Positions 1 through 9,686 of a stretch of 64,000 bases of DNA are shown here, in pieces. The translations under genes were made by a program, and so were the position numbers. The notes beneath the pieces were generated by a model, which did no database searches, had not been told where the DNA came from, and saw nothing but the letters and a program-made list of their open reading frames with translations. Each line of letters opens with the position of its first letter. Within the stretch, counting starts at the first letter, position 1. Source of the stretch: an uncultured delta proteobacterium (lineage in GTDB: Bacteria; Myxococcota_A; Polyangia; Fen-1088); NCBI GenBank assembly GCA_963755125.1, contig CAVWIP010000011.1, positions 64,001-128,000 on the forward strand, read 5' to 3'.

Positions 1-2
1 TC

Positions 3-641
3 ATGCTGCTGCCCGCCTGCTTGCTGGTCGACGACCTTGTGCTGGCGGCGCGCAGTCGTAGGCGCGTCCTGGCCGCCGGGGCGCTCGGCGGCCTGCTGCT
101 GGCAGGCGGCTTTGTGCAGTACCTGGGCAACGCCTTCTACTGGGATCACTACATCCGCATCCAGATCGAGGCCTCCCGCGCCTGGCTGGGCACGCCACCC
201 CCAAACGGTAACTGCCTGGGCGAGGGCCCGCACGGATCCGCAGCTTGTTTCGAGGCCATGCACCCCATGCAATGGCTCCCGCCCTTCCAGCCCATCGTGG
301 GCCACTACTGGATGCTTCGCCACGTGCCCAAGGACGACAACTGGACGGTCGCCGAGAAGGATGCCCCCTGGCATCGATACACGCCCGCCCAGATCATCAC
401 CGCCCCAAGCTGGAACCGCGCCCGCGTCGACTGGTGGTTCGTCGAGTTCCGTCACTCGAACCCACGGGTTTCATGGGTCCTTGTCTTGCTGCTACCACTG
501 TTGGCGTTGCTGTCCTTCGCGCTCTTCTTCCGTGAGGTGCTCCACGCTGCTCGCAGCAGCGGAACTGGCGCAGGATCGTCCCCTCTCCCACCGCTCAGGC
601 CGCGCGAGCCCTACGACCCAGCCTTGACCGCCTCGACGTAG
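3..641 (+). CDS. C-terminal part of a membrane protein (partial, begins before the window), possibly GT-C-like
   Basis: Open frame with hydrophobic segments at both ends and a Trp-rich loop; GC-rich codon usage. Confidence 0.6.
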   Translation: MLLPACLLVDDLVLAARSRRRVLAAGALGGLLLAGGFVQYLGNAFYWDHYIRIQIEASRAWLGTPPPNGNCLGEGPHGSAACFEAMHPMQWLPPFQPIVGHYWMLRHVPKDDNWTVAEKDAPWHRYTPAQIITAPSWNRARVDWWFVEFRHSNPRVSWVLVLLLPLLALLSFALFFREVLHAARSSGTGAGSSPLPPLRPREPYDPALTAST

Positions 642-1042
642 CGCAGTCGCAAGTCGTAGAGAAGACTGTCCAGCAGCTTGTCCTCTTCAGGGGTGAGGTT
701 GGACTGGGTCTTCTCCCGTAGCAGCGTGAGCAGGTCGATGGTGTGCTTGGCCATGGGCAGGTCCCGCTGCTTGGCGGTCTCTCCCGGTGGCTCAATTTCG
801 CCCATGTGGATCAGCGCCGAGCTACCCAGCGACAGGATAAAGGTGGAGAAATCCGCCGGCGGCAACCCACGGGCGCTGTCCGCTCTTTCTCGCAAGCCGT
901 CGCCAGAGTGGGGCTCGTTTTCGGGCGCTGATGGCCCGCCCCGTGGGACTTGTGCGGCCGGCCCCGCCTGGGTCTCGTCGCTTTCGGAAAAAGACCGGCG
1001 ATCCGTCACTGTGAAGCCAGGCTTGTGTTCGGAGTCCGACAT
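611..1042 (-). CDS. DUF1844 domain-containing protein
   Basis: GFTVTDRR N-terminus; DFSTFILSL...ALIHMG...DLPMAKHTIDLL..LREKT.SNLTPEE.KLL..LLYDLRLRYV matches the DUF1844 pattern. Confidence 0.85.
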   Translation of the reverse strand: MSDSEHKPGFTVTDRRSFSESDETQAGPAAQVPRGGPSAPENEPHSGDGLRERADSARGLPPADFSTFILSLGSSALIHMGEIEPPGETAKQRDLPMAKHTIDLLTLLREKTQSNLTPEEDKLLDSLLYDLRLRYVEAVKAGS

Positions 1043-1085
1043 ACGGAAAGGCTACGCAGCCAAGCGCCTGCTTTCAAGAGTTGCG

Positions 1086-1310
1086 CTACTCGGGAATGCC
1101 GTGGGGCGCGGGAGGCGGAGTGCTTCCCCCCTCCGGGGTCGAACCCACCTGGGCGGCCTCGTCGGGCGACCTGATGTTGTCCGAGGCATCCGGCCGTGAC
1201 TTCAAGAACTTCTCGTAGTCCTTGCGCGTGATGAGTCCGCGCTTGATGTTGCGTTCGACGATCCGGCGATCGAATAGGCTGGGATCCGGGGCTTCTTCGT
1301 CACGAGTCAT
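1086..1310 (-). CDS. small conserved hypothetical protein
   Basis: 74 aa, LFDRRIVERNIKRGLITRKDYEKFLKS.PD; co-oriented upstream of the DUF1844 gene. Confidence 0.7.
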   Translation of the reverse strand: MTRDEEAPDPSLFDRRIVERNIKRGLITRKDYEKFLKSRPDASDNIRSPDEAAQVGSTPEGGSTPPPAPHGIPE

Positions 1311-1390
1311 TGCGCACAGTGCTTAGCGAGTGCGCTGGCGCAAGTCAAGGGCACTGATTTCGCCGACGAGCACGCTACAATGGGGCCACC

Positions 1391-2644
1391 ATGACCGTAA
1401 CCTTGGCCAGCAACTCGGACAACCCAAACTTCCTCCGCCAGCTTCGGCTCTTCCTGGAGGAGATCTGCTGTGACATTTGCCGCGTGCACGCCGTCCAACA
1501 CGACGGCGCCCAAGCCGACGAGGTCGATGTGGCCCGCGAGGTCGACCTGGGCGCGCCGGGCGCGTTCGCCGACATGCTGGTGCGCCGGCCAGGACGACCG
1601 CCCTACTTTCTCGAGGTCAAGTACGGTTACGCCAGCGACCGCTTGGTCCATCATCTCCAACACAAGTACGGAACGCCATCCACCACGGTGCCCGATGCCG
1701 ACCGCGTGGTTCTGCTCATCGACCGCACCGCGCGGCCAGAGTGGACCGCGCTTCTCGCGCGGCTGCGCGCCGCCATTCGCCCCGAACTGGAATTGGAGAT
1801 CTGGGACGAGCCCAGGCTGCGTGAGCTGATCGTCGAGTGCTTCAAGCTGGATCTGCCCGCCGTCACCGTCGAGAGCCTGACCGAGCTGCGCAGCGGCATC
1901 GACCAGGCCAAGTGGCACTGGGCCTTCGGCGATCGTCACGTCGCCAGCCCGCTCAAGTCATCGCTGCTCTGGCACTTCGGCTGGTCGCGCCTGCTGCAAC
2001 TTCACACCCTGTACGGCCTGACGCCCGAACGCATCCTGCCGCCGCAGCGCTACCACAACGTGGTGGTGATTCTGGCCGACCTTTCCTACTTTTCCAGCTT
2101 CGTGCGCGACACCCGCGACGACGAGATCATGCGCAGCGCCCTCACCTCGTTCTATTCCAACTCGCGCTACGCCATCATCAACTCGGGCGGCATGATGGGG
2201 CAGTTCGTGGGCGACGAGGTTCTGGCCCTGTTCGGCGTGCCCGAGCCCGAGGACAACGTCACCCAACGGGCGCTCGAGTGCGCGCGGGCGCTCCTGCAAA
2301 TCGGCAACTCGGTGTCCAACCGCTGGCAGCGACAGCTCGACCGGGTGCAACCCGCGGGCGGCGTGCACCTGGGCATCGCCATGGGCGACATCCATGTCGT
2401 GCTGTACCGGCCGTTCAGCCAGACCCACATCGGCGTGGTGGGTGACGCGGTCAATCTGTCGGCGCGCCTGCTGGCGGAGGCCGGGCCCAACGAAATGGTG
2501 GTGGCCAACACCTTCTACCAGAAGCTTCCCGAGGCAGTGCAAGCCGAGTTCAGCGAACTGGAACCGATCGAGGCCAAGAACGTGGGTCTCATCAAGGCCT
2601 GGAAGCTACACGGCCGCTCGCGCTTCTCCACCCGCGGGGCGTGA
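1391..2644 (+). CDS. class III adenylate/guanylate cyclase-domain protein with N-terminal PD-(D/E)XK-like domain
   Basis: Cyclase motifs VILADLSYFS, QFVGDEVLALFG, HLGIAMG, VVGDAVNLSARL, IEAKN; N-terminal REVDLG...ADMLV...FLEVK. Confidence 0.85.
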   Translation: MTVTLASNSDNPNFLRQLRLFLEEICCDICRVHAVQHDGAQADEVDVAREVDLGAPGAFADMLVRRPGRPPYFLEVKYGYASDRLVHHLQHKYGTPSTTVPDADRVVLLIDRTARPEWTALLARLRAAIRPELELEIWDEPRLRELIVECFKLDLPAVTVESLTELRSGIDQAKWHWAFGDRHVASPLKSSLLWHFGWSRLLQLHTLYGLTPERILPPQRYHNVVVILADLSYFSSFVRDTRDDEIMRSALTSFYSNSRYAIINSGGMMGQFVGDEVLALFGVPEPEDNVTQRALECARALLQIGNSVSNRWQRQLDRVQPAGGVHLGIAMGDIHVVLYRPFSQTHIGVVGDAVNLSARLLAEAGPNEMVVANTFYQKLPEAVQAEFSELEPIEAKNVGLIKAWKLHGRSRFSTRGA

Positions 2645-2849
2645 GCCCGACTCCAGGCGACGCGAACCTTCACTGGTCCCGCGAGGTCACATGGGCTCGC
2701 ATCCGGTCATCCGCTCCACCGAAGAACATCGTCGCGGAACTTGCCGAAATGGTATCCCTTGCGTAGCGTACGCTCCTCCAAGCGTCCTCGAACTGTTCCC
2801 AATTCCCCGCGCAGCGGGGTTCTGTAGTTTTAAGTAGAGGAGTGTGTTC

Positions 2850-4124
2850 ATGAAGTTTCCTCCTACCCCAGTTCTCGCCTTGCTTGCGCTTGGGGGAGCG
2901 TGCGCTCTGGCTCCTCCAGCATCCCATTCTGGACAGGGCGGAGACACGGACCCGATCACGCAAAGCAGCGCCGCGAGCGGGGGAGCAGGCTCTTCGAGTG
3001 GAAGCACGAGTGCCACCTCGGCCTCCGGGGGAGCCACGGCCCATGGAGGGTCGACAGTGACAGGGGGCACCTCGGCGACTGCGGGCAGCACGTCGACGGG
3101 CGGCGCGACTGCGACCGGCGGAACCACGGCCGGGAGCAGCACGTCGGCCGGCGGGTCGGCGTCTGGGGGCACGGCGACCGGTGGCACCAGCGCCAGAGGC
3201 GGAACCACGACGACCGGCGGAACTTCGACTGGCGGCGCATTCACGGCCGGCACCACGGCCGGCGGCTCAGGCTCAGGGGGCACCAGGGCGACCTCCGGAG
3301 GCACCACCTCCAGCGGCGGCACCACCTCCAGCGGCGGAACCACCGCCAGCGGCGGGACCACCGCCAGAGGCGGAACCACGGCGACCGGTGGCACGTCCAC
3401 CGGTGGCACCGGCGGCACGTCCAGCTCTCCTGGCGGCACACACGCTCAACCGCCGCCCATCACCAATGGAACCAGCGGTTTCACCACCCGTTACTGGGAC
3501 TGCTGCAAGCCTTCCTGCGGCTGGGCTGCCAACGCCAACAACAAACCAGTCTCCACCTGTGGCAAGGACGGCGTCTCGACGGCCGACGGCAACACACAAA
3601 GCGCATGCAGCGGCGGGAGCGCATACATGTGCTACTGGGGTGCGCCCTGGGCGGTGAGCAACACCTTGTCCTACGGCTTTGCCGCCTTCAATGGCGTCGC
3701 CTGCGGCACTTGCTTCCAGCTCCAGTTCACCGGCAAGGGGGAATACAACGCCAGCGACCCAGGGTCAAACGCCCTCAACGGCAAAACGATGATTGTCCAG
3801 GTCATCAACATCGGAGGCATCGCTGCCAACCAGTTCGACCTTCTCATCCCCGGCGGCGGCGTGGGCGCGAACAACGCCTGTACCGCCAGCCCAGCCCAAT
3901 GGGGCAGCGCCAACATCGGCGATCAAAACGGGGGCATGCTCACCACCTGCAAGGACAGCGGGTCGTGCGTCCAGCAGATGTGCCAAGCCGCATTCGGCAG
4001 CATTCCTGAGTTGTTGGCTGGCTGTAACTGGGTTACCACCTGGTTCGACGACGCAGAAGATCCCCAGATTGTGTACCAGCAGGTCGCCTGCCCGGCGGAT
4101 CTGACCGCCAAGTCGGGGGAGTAG
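2850..4124 (+). CDS. exported GH45 endoglucanase with Gly/Ser/Thr linker (probable lipoprotein)
   Basis: TTRYWDCCKPSCGW, YGFAA, CGTCFQLQFT, MIVQVIN, QFDLLIPGGGVG, VACPADLTAKSG; hydrophobic signal ending GGAC; RBS GAGGAG. Confidence 0.92.
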   Translation: MKFPPTPVLALLALGGACALAPPASHSGQGGDTDPITQSSAASGGAGSSSGSTSATSASGGATAHGGSTVTGGTSATAGSTSTGGATATGGTTAGSSTSAGGSASGGTATGGTSARGGTTTTGGTSTGGAFTAGTTAGGSGSGGTRATSGGTTSSGGTTSSGGTTASGGTTARGGTTATGGTSTGGTGGTSSSPGGTHAQPPPITNGTSGFTTRYWDCCKPSCGWAANANNKPVSTCGKDGVSTADGNTQSACSGGSAYMCYWGAPWAVSNTLSYGFAAFNGVACGTCFQLQFTGKGEYNASDPGSNALNGKTMIVQVINIGGIAANQFDLLIPGGGVGANNACTASPAQWGSANIGDQNGGMLTTCKDSGSCVQQMCQAAFGSIPELLAGCNWVTTWFDDAEDPQIVYQQVACPADLTAKSGE

Positions 4125-4156
4125 TCATCACGCGCTCTCTTGTCCTTGCGCTCGCC

Positions 4157-5449
4157 GTGCTTCTGACGGGCTGTGGTCAGGGATCCCATTCAGGGCGCGG
4201 GCAAGACGGCGCCGCCGATCTTGGCCGCTCGGTGGGCCCCGACGGACAGAGCAACCCCGAGGTCGGCGCCAGCCCGGACAGCGCACCGGATCGCGTTTCA
4301 ACGATTGACAGGGGCAGCGGCCCTGACCAGGCGGCGGACATCGGCACCGTTTCCGATTTGGCCACCGACGGAGCAACAGGTTCCGATCTGGTTGCGGACC
4401 TCAACGCCGCCGCCGACCTGGCTGCGGATCGGGCGACGACTACCGACTCGGCCGGCGCAGACGCGGGGAGCGCTGCCACGGACTTGGCCGTCGAGGGTCC
4501 CGGACCGGACGGGTTGACCGAGAGTGGCTGCGCACTGGCCGACAACATTTCCATCGGGAATTTGCCGCCTATCAGCTTTGCCGCCTATCACGATGAGCCG
4601 CAGATCGAGTCCTACCTGCAGGCCGTGGCCGCAGCCTTTCCCGCCATCGCCACATACATGGTGAACGGCCAATCGGTGCAAGGCCGTGACATTCCCTATC
4701 TCATCATCAATGCAACCTGCCAGGCCAGCCCGCCCGCCATCTTCACCAATGGGACTCATCATGGCGACGAACCATCCAGCACCGAATCGGTCCTGGCCAT
4801 CCCCGACTATCTCCTGCGAAACAGCGCCACCGATTCGTCGGTGCGCAGCCTGCTTGAAACCTACGCCTTCTACGTGCTGCCCCTGGTGAACCCGGATGGA
4901 TTCGCCTTGGATACCCGATACAACGCAGATGGGCTGGACATCAACCGCGACTACTCGTACCCGCTGCGCAGCGATGCGGACTCGTTCCAGACGGTCGAAG
5001 CCCAGCATATGAAGTCCCTGCAAGAGAGCGTCGGTTTCCACGCGGCCATCGCGTATCACAGTGGCGCGGAAGAGGTGCTGTGGCCCTGGTGCTACACCGG
5101 CGATGCCACAGTCGACGCCGGCTTCTTCACCGCCGCCGGACAGCAGACCGCCCAGGCGATGAGTTTCACCGTTTTCCAGCAGTCCTACGACGACTATCCA
5201 ACCCAGGGCGAATACATCGACTTTGCCTATTGGAAGAGCAATACCCTGGCTGCCACCTTTGAAGTGTCGATGGACAAAGCGCCGAGCGTCGCTTTGCTTG
5301 CCGGCGTGGTCGACGGCGCGTTGAAGGGGACCCTGGCCTGGGTCCAGGCGGTGAGCGATCACGACAACGGCAGCTTGCACGCCGTGCCCGCGGTGCGCCT
5401 GCGCTTCCCGCTGACCGCACCGTTTGACGGGACGAACCGGCTCGAATAG
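4157..5449 (+). CDS. M14 family zinc carboxypeptidase lipoprotein (true start probably near 4127)
   Basis: G.SVQGRDI, HHGDE, LPLVNPDG, RYNADGLDINRDY, YHSG, TFEV; lipobox LTGC. Confidence 0.88.
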   Translation: MLLTGCGQGSHSGRGQDGAADLGRSVGPDGQSNPEVGASPDSAPDRVSTIDRGSGPDQAADIGTVSDLATDGATGSDLVADLNAAADLAADRATTTDSAGADAGSAATDLAVEGPGPDGLTESGCALADNISIGNLPPISFAAYHDEPQIESYLQAVAAAFPAIATYMVNGQSVQGRDIPYLIINATCQASPPAIFTNGTHHGDEPSSTESVLAIPDYLLRNSATDSSVRSLLETYAFYVLPLVNPDGFALDTRYNADGLDINRDYSYPLRSDADSFQTVEAQHMKSLQESVGFHAAIAYHSGAEEVLWPWCYTGDATVDAGFFTAAGQQTAQAMSFTVFQQSYDDYPTQGEYIDFAYWKSNTLAATFEVSMDKAPSVALLAGVVDGALKGTLAWVQAVSDHDNGSLHAVPAVRLRFPLTAPFDGTNRLE

Positions 5450-5514
5450 CGCCGGTCCCGTCCGACTGCACTTTTTCCACACAACCTTGCGCTTCGGCTT
5501 CCGATAAGCCTGGC

Positions 5515-6552
5515 ATGCTTCGCACCAGCCAGGTCGAGTCCCTCCTGCAGCCGGTCGCCTCGGCGACTCCCTGCGGGGCTGACCTCGAGTACGATCCCGC
5601 CTTCCTGGATCTGGAGCGCCTGATCCGAGGCAGGCCCGAGCAGCAAATGGGGAGCGCTGTCGTACCGGCACATGAGCCCGACTGGAACGCCATTGCCGGG
5701 TGCGCCGCCGCACTCTTGAGCAAGACCAAGGATCTGCGCGTTGCCTTTCACCTGACTCTGGCGTGGCTCAACCGTGACGGGTTCGCGGGTCTGCGCGATG
5801 GGCTGGCTGTGCTGCGCGGGCTTGCCGAGCGCTACTGGGACGGTCTCTTCCCGCGGCTGGAGCCCGACGAGCAGAACGATCCTACCTTCCGGGTCAACAT
5901 TCTCATGGGCCTGTGCGATCCAGCGACGATCACGGAGCGCGTCCGTGCACTGCCCCTGGTGGCTTCGCGATCCTTTGGTCGATTCAGCCTGCGGGATCTC
6001 GCCATCGCGTCCGGTGAACTGCCGCCTGCGCCCAGCGCCACAGCCCCGACAACCACTGCGATCGAGGGGGCCTTTGCCGAAAGCGCGGTCGCCGATCTGC
6101 AGGCCACCACCGCCAGCCTGCGGGAATCTCTCGAACACCTGACTGCGCTCGAGACGACGGTTGCCTCGCACATGGGCGTTGCCCAAGCACCCAGCTTCGC
6201 GAAATTGTCTATGCTGCTGGGGCAAGCCCACAGGATCTTGGCCACTCGTCTCGGACTGCGCGGCGTGAAACCGGCGTCCCTGGCAGGTGACTCGGCCAGC
6301 ACGGCGGTGATTGCCGACCCGGCTGCATCAGCACCACCCGCGCTGACAGGGGCTGTGACCTCCCGGGATGAAGTGGCTCGCCTGCTTGACCGGATTTGCG
6401 AGTACTACGAGCGGGCCGAACCGTCCAGCCCCCTGCCGCTCTTGCTGCAAAGGTGCAAGCGATTGGTGTCGGCAACTTTCCTGGACATCGTTCGTGACGT
6501 CGCGCCGGGCGCTGTCGCTCAGGTGGACAGTTTGCGCGGCAAGGACAGCTAA
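5515..6552 (+). CDS. tssA: T6SS protein TssA (ImpA N-terminal domain)
   Basis: LLQPV....PCGADLEYDPAF, TKDLRV, YWDGLFPRL, C-terminal SRDEV...LDRICEYYERAEPSSPLP. Confidence 0.93.
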   Translation: MLRTSQVESLLQPVASATPCGADLEYDPAFLDLERLIRGRPEQQMGSAVVPAHEPDWNAIAGCAAALLSKTKDLRVAFHLTLAWLNRDGFAGLRDGLAVLRGLAERYWDGLFPRLEPDEQNDPTFRVNILMGLCDPATITERVRALPLVASRSFGRFSLRDLAIASGELPPAPSATAPTTTAIEGAFAESAVADLQATTASLRESLEHLTALETTVASHMGVAQAPSFAKLSMLLGQAHRILATRLGLRGVKPASLAGDSASTAVIADPAASAPPALTGAVTSRDEVARLLDRICEYYERAEPSSPLPLLLQRCKRLVSATFLDIVRDVAPGAVAQVDSLRGKDS

Positions 6553-6614
6553 GCAAGGGCCCAATCGCAGGAAGACAGCATCCAGGTCTCACAACTCGGA
6601 GATAGGGGAACACC

Positions 6615-7139
6615 ATGAGCAACAGCGGACAGAAATTCATCGCGCGCAATCGCGCACCACGCGTCCAGATCGAATACGACGTCGAGCTCTATGGGGCCGA
6701 GAAGAAGGTCCAGCTTCCCTTCGTCATGGGAGTGATGGCCGATCTTTCGGGCAACCCGGCTGAGCCGCTTCCGCCCGTGGCGGATCGAAAGCTGTTGGAG
6801 ATCTCGGTCGACAACTTCGACGATCGGCTCAAGGGGATGAAGCCGCGGGTGGCGCTCCAGGTTCCCAACACCTTGACCGGCGAGGGGAATCTCAGTGTGG
6901 ATCTCTGCTTCGAGAGTCTGGACGATTTCTCGCCCGCTGCCATCGCACGCAAGGTCGGGTCGCTCAACCAGCTTCTGCAGGCCCGACAGCAACTGTCCAA
7001 CCTGATCACGTACATGGATGGTCGCACCGGAGCCGAGGACCTGATCGCAAAGGCGCTGCACGATCTGGCGCTGCTCCAGGCGCTGGCCTCGGCGCCCAAA
7101 CCCGAGGACGGCGAGCCCGCAACCGGAAAGGACAAGTGA
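6615..7139 (+). CDS. tssB: T6SS contractile sheath small subunit
   Basis: SGQKFIARNRAPRVQIEYDVE..GAEKKVQLPFVMGVMADLSG. Confidence 0.97.
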   Translation: MSNSGQKFIARNRAPRVQIEYDVELYGAEKKVQLPFVMGVMADLSGNPAEPLPPVADRKLLEISVDNFDDRLKGMKPRVALQVPNTLTGEGNLSVDLCFESLDDFSPAAIARKVGSLNQLLQARQQLSNLITYMDGRTGAEDLIAKALHDLALLQALASAPKPEDGEPATGKDK

Positions 7140-7148
7140 AGGTGACCC

Positions 7149-8645
7149 ATGGCTGATACACAAGAGAACACCCAGGCCCAGGCCGGCGCAGCAACCGCCC
7201 AGATTTCCGATTTCGAGGTTCTGCTCAACAAGCAGTTCAATCCCCAGACCGATACCGCCAAGCGCGAGGTCGAGAGTGCGGTGCGCACCCTGGCCCAGCA
7301 GGCGCTGGCCAGCACTCCGCTCATTTCGACCGACGTCGTGCAGAGCATCGAGGCGATGACCGCCGCCATCGACAGGAAGCTGAGCGAGCAGATCAACGCG
7401 ATCATGCATCACCCCGATTTCCAGCAGCTCGAAGGTACCTGGCGCGGTCTGCACCATCTGGTCTGCAACAGCGAGACTGATGACATGTTGAAGATCCGGG
7501 TGCTCAACGTCTCCAAGAAGGATCTGCACAAGACGCTGAAGCGCTTCAAAGGCGTGGCGTGGGACCAGAGCCCGGTGTTCAAAAAGCTCTATGAAGAGGA
7601 ATACGGGACGCTGGGAGGAGAACCATTCGGCTGTCTGGTAGGCGACTACTACTTCGATCACGGTCCACAGGACGTGGAGTTGCTGGGCGAAATGGCCAAG
7701 ATCGCAGCGGCGGGCCATGCCCCCTTCCTGGCGGCCGCGTCGCCCACCGTGTTCCAGATGGAATCCTGGCAGGAGCTCAGCAATCCGCGTGACCTGACCA
7801 AGATCTTCCAGATCCCCGAGTATGCCGGGTGGCGATCGCTGCGCGACTCGGACGACGCCCGCTACATTGGTCTGACCATGCCGCGCTTTCTCGCCCGGCG
7901 TCCCTACGGGGCCAAGACCAACCCGGTCGAGGCATTTGACTTCGAGGAGGATGCCAACGGACCCGACGCCAGGAAGTATACATGGGCCAACTCAGCCTAT
8001 GCTATGGCCGTCAACATCAACCGCTCCTTCAAGCTCTACGGTTGGTGCTCGCGCATTCGTGGCATCGAGTCGGGCGGCGACGTTCAGGGACTGCCCACCC
8101 ACACCTTTCCTACCGATGACGGCGGGGTCGATTTGCGCTGCCCGACCGAGATCGCCATCAGCGACCGGCGCGAGGCCGAGCTGGCCAAGAGCGGCTTCAT
8201 GCCTCTCGTGTACAAGAAGAACACCGACTTTGCCGCCTTCATCGGGGCGCAGTCCCTGCACAAGCCGGCACAGTACGACGACCCCGACGCGACCTCCAAC
8301 GCCGCGCTGGCCGCCCGACTGCCCTATCTGTTCGCCACCTGTCGTTTCGCCCACTACTTGAAGTGCATCGTCCGCGACAAGATTGGATCCTTCAAGGAAG
8401 CGGCGGATATGCAACGCTGGCTGCAGAACTGGATCGTCCAGTACGTAGATGGCGATCCGGCGCATTCCAGTGAGGCCACCAAGGCGCGCAAGCCCCTGGC
8501 GGCCGCGGAGGTGATCGTCGAGCCGGTCGAGGGCAATCCCGGCTACTACGCTTCCAAGTTCTTCCTTCGTCCCCACTACCAACTCGAAGGGCTGACCGTG
8601 TCTTTGCGACTGGTCGCGAAGCTTCCCTCGGCCAAGGCCGCGTGA
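7149..8645 (+). CDS. tssC: T6SS contractile sheath large subunit
   Basis: IDRKLSEQINAIMHHPDFQQLEGTWRGL, YEEEYGTLGGEPFG, LRPHYQLEGLTVSLRLV. Confidence 0.97.
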   Translation: MADTQENTQAQAGAATAQISDFEVLLNKQFNPQTDTAKREVESAVRTLAQQALASTPLISTDVVQSIEAMTAAIDRKLSEQINAIMHHPDFQQLEGTWRGLHHLVCNSETDDMLKIRVLNVSKKDLHKTLKRFKGVAWDQSPVFKKLYEEEYGTLGGEPFGCLVGDYYFDHGPQDVELLGEMAKIAAAGHAPFLAAASPTVFQMESWQELSNPRDLTKIFQIPEYAGWRSLRDSDDARYIGLTMPRFLARRPYGAKTNPVEAFDFEEDANGPDARKYTWANSAYAMAVNINRSFKLYGWCSRIRGIESGGDVQGLPTHTFPTDDGGVDLRCPTEIAISDRREAELAKSGFMPLVYKKNTDFAAFIGAQSLHKPAQYDDPDATSNAALAARLPYLFATCRFAHYLKCIVRDKIGSFKEAADMQRWLQNWIVQYVDGDPAHSSEATKARKPLAAAEVIVEPVEGNPGYYASKFFLRPHYQLEGLTVSLRLVAKLPSAKAA

Positions 8646-8681
8646 GTTCAGAAAACCGCAATCTAGCAAGGAGTCAGGAAA

Positions 8682-9161
8682 ATGGCGTTCACCATCTGCA
8701 TCAAGATCGGAGACATCCAGGGCGAATCGATCGTCGACAACCATAACGGTGAAATCGATGTGCTGTCGTGGAACTGGGGCCTCACCCAGTCCGCCTCAGG
8801 CCAGGTGGGAGGGGCCGGCTCCGGCACCGCCGACGTCCACGATCTCACCTTCACCAAATACGTCGACAATGCGTCGCCCACGCTCATTCAACAATGTTTC
8901 GAGGGCAGCAGCCAGGGAGAGGCCGTTCTCACCGTGATCAAGTCCAGCGGAAAAGATGCGCTGGAATTCATCAAGATCACCATGAGTGGAACCGTGATCA
9001 TCTCTTCGGTCAAGACTGGCGATCCCTTGCCCAATGACAGGTACTCCGAAACCGTGACCCTCAATTTCTCGCACCTCAAATTCGAGTACACGCCGCGCGC
9101 GCCGGGCGACAGCAAGGGCGCGACGGCGGTTGGGGAATTCGCGATTAGCCGGCAGGCATAA
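8682..9161 (+). CDS. hcp: T6SS tube protein Hcp (TssD)
   Basis: IQGES...H.GEIDVLSWNWG, DLTFTKYVDNASPTL, ETVTLNF..LKFEY; position between tssC and tssE. Confidence 0.95.
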   Translation: MAFTICIKIGDIQGESIVDNHNGEIDVLSWNWGLTQSASGQVGGAGSGTADVHDLTFTKYVDNASPTLIQQCFEGSSQGEAVLTVIKSSGKDALEFIKITMSGTVIISSVKTGDPLPNDRYSETVTLNFSHLKFEYTPRAPGDSKGATAVGEFAISRQA

Positions 9162-9170
9162 CATCACACC

Positions 9171-9686
9171 ATGGCTGAGCTGACGCCCAAGGAACGGCTC
9201 TCACCTTCTTTGCTCGATCGACTGACCGATGACAAGCCTGAGCGGGCGACGGAGTTGCGCGAGTTGCGGATTCTTTCGCCCGCCCGGTTGCGCGAGTGCG
9301 TGCGCCGGGATCTCACCTGGCTCTTCAATACGACGCACATGCAGTCCTTGCAGAATCTCGAAGAATTGCCTCTGGTCGCGCGCTCGGTGCTGAACTACGG
9401 CATTCCCGACTTGGCGGGTCGGACAGCGTCGAGTCTGGACCCAGTTGAGCTGGGACAGATGATCCGTCAAGCCATCCTGAACTTCGAACCCCGCCTGGAT
9501 CGCAATTCGGTGAGGGTGCGCCCCGCCCTGGACGACGGCCAGATGAACCACAATGCCCTGTCTTTCGACGTGGAGGCGGAGCTATGGGCCCAGCCTCTGC
9601 CGTTGCGCCTGTTCCTGCGAACCGCGGTCGATCTGGAGACCGGCAGCGTGGAAGTGACCGACCAGTTCGGCAAGGGGAGCCTGTAA
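9171..9686 (+). CDS. tssE: T6SS baseplate subunit TssE (gp25-like)
   Basis: PSLLDRLTD, VRRDLTWLFNT, SVLNYGIPDLAG, FEPRL. Confidence 0.95.
   Translation: MAELTPKERLSPSLLDRLTDDKPERATELRELRILSPARLRECVRRDLTWLFNTTHMQSLQNLEELPLVARSVLNYGIPDLAGRTASSLDPVELGQMIRQAILNFEPRLDRNSVRVRPALDDGQMNHNALSFDVEAELWAQPLPLRLFLRTAVDLETGSVEVTDQFGKGSL

Noticed and set aside
2687..3439. Pro/Val-rich repeat protein on the minus strand
   Set aside because: Antisense shadow of the Gly/Thr/Ser linker of the GH45 gene.
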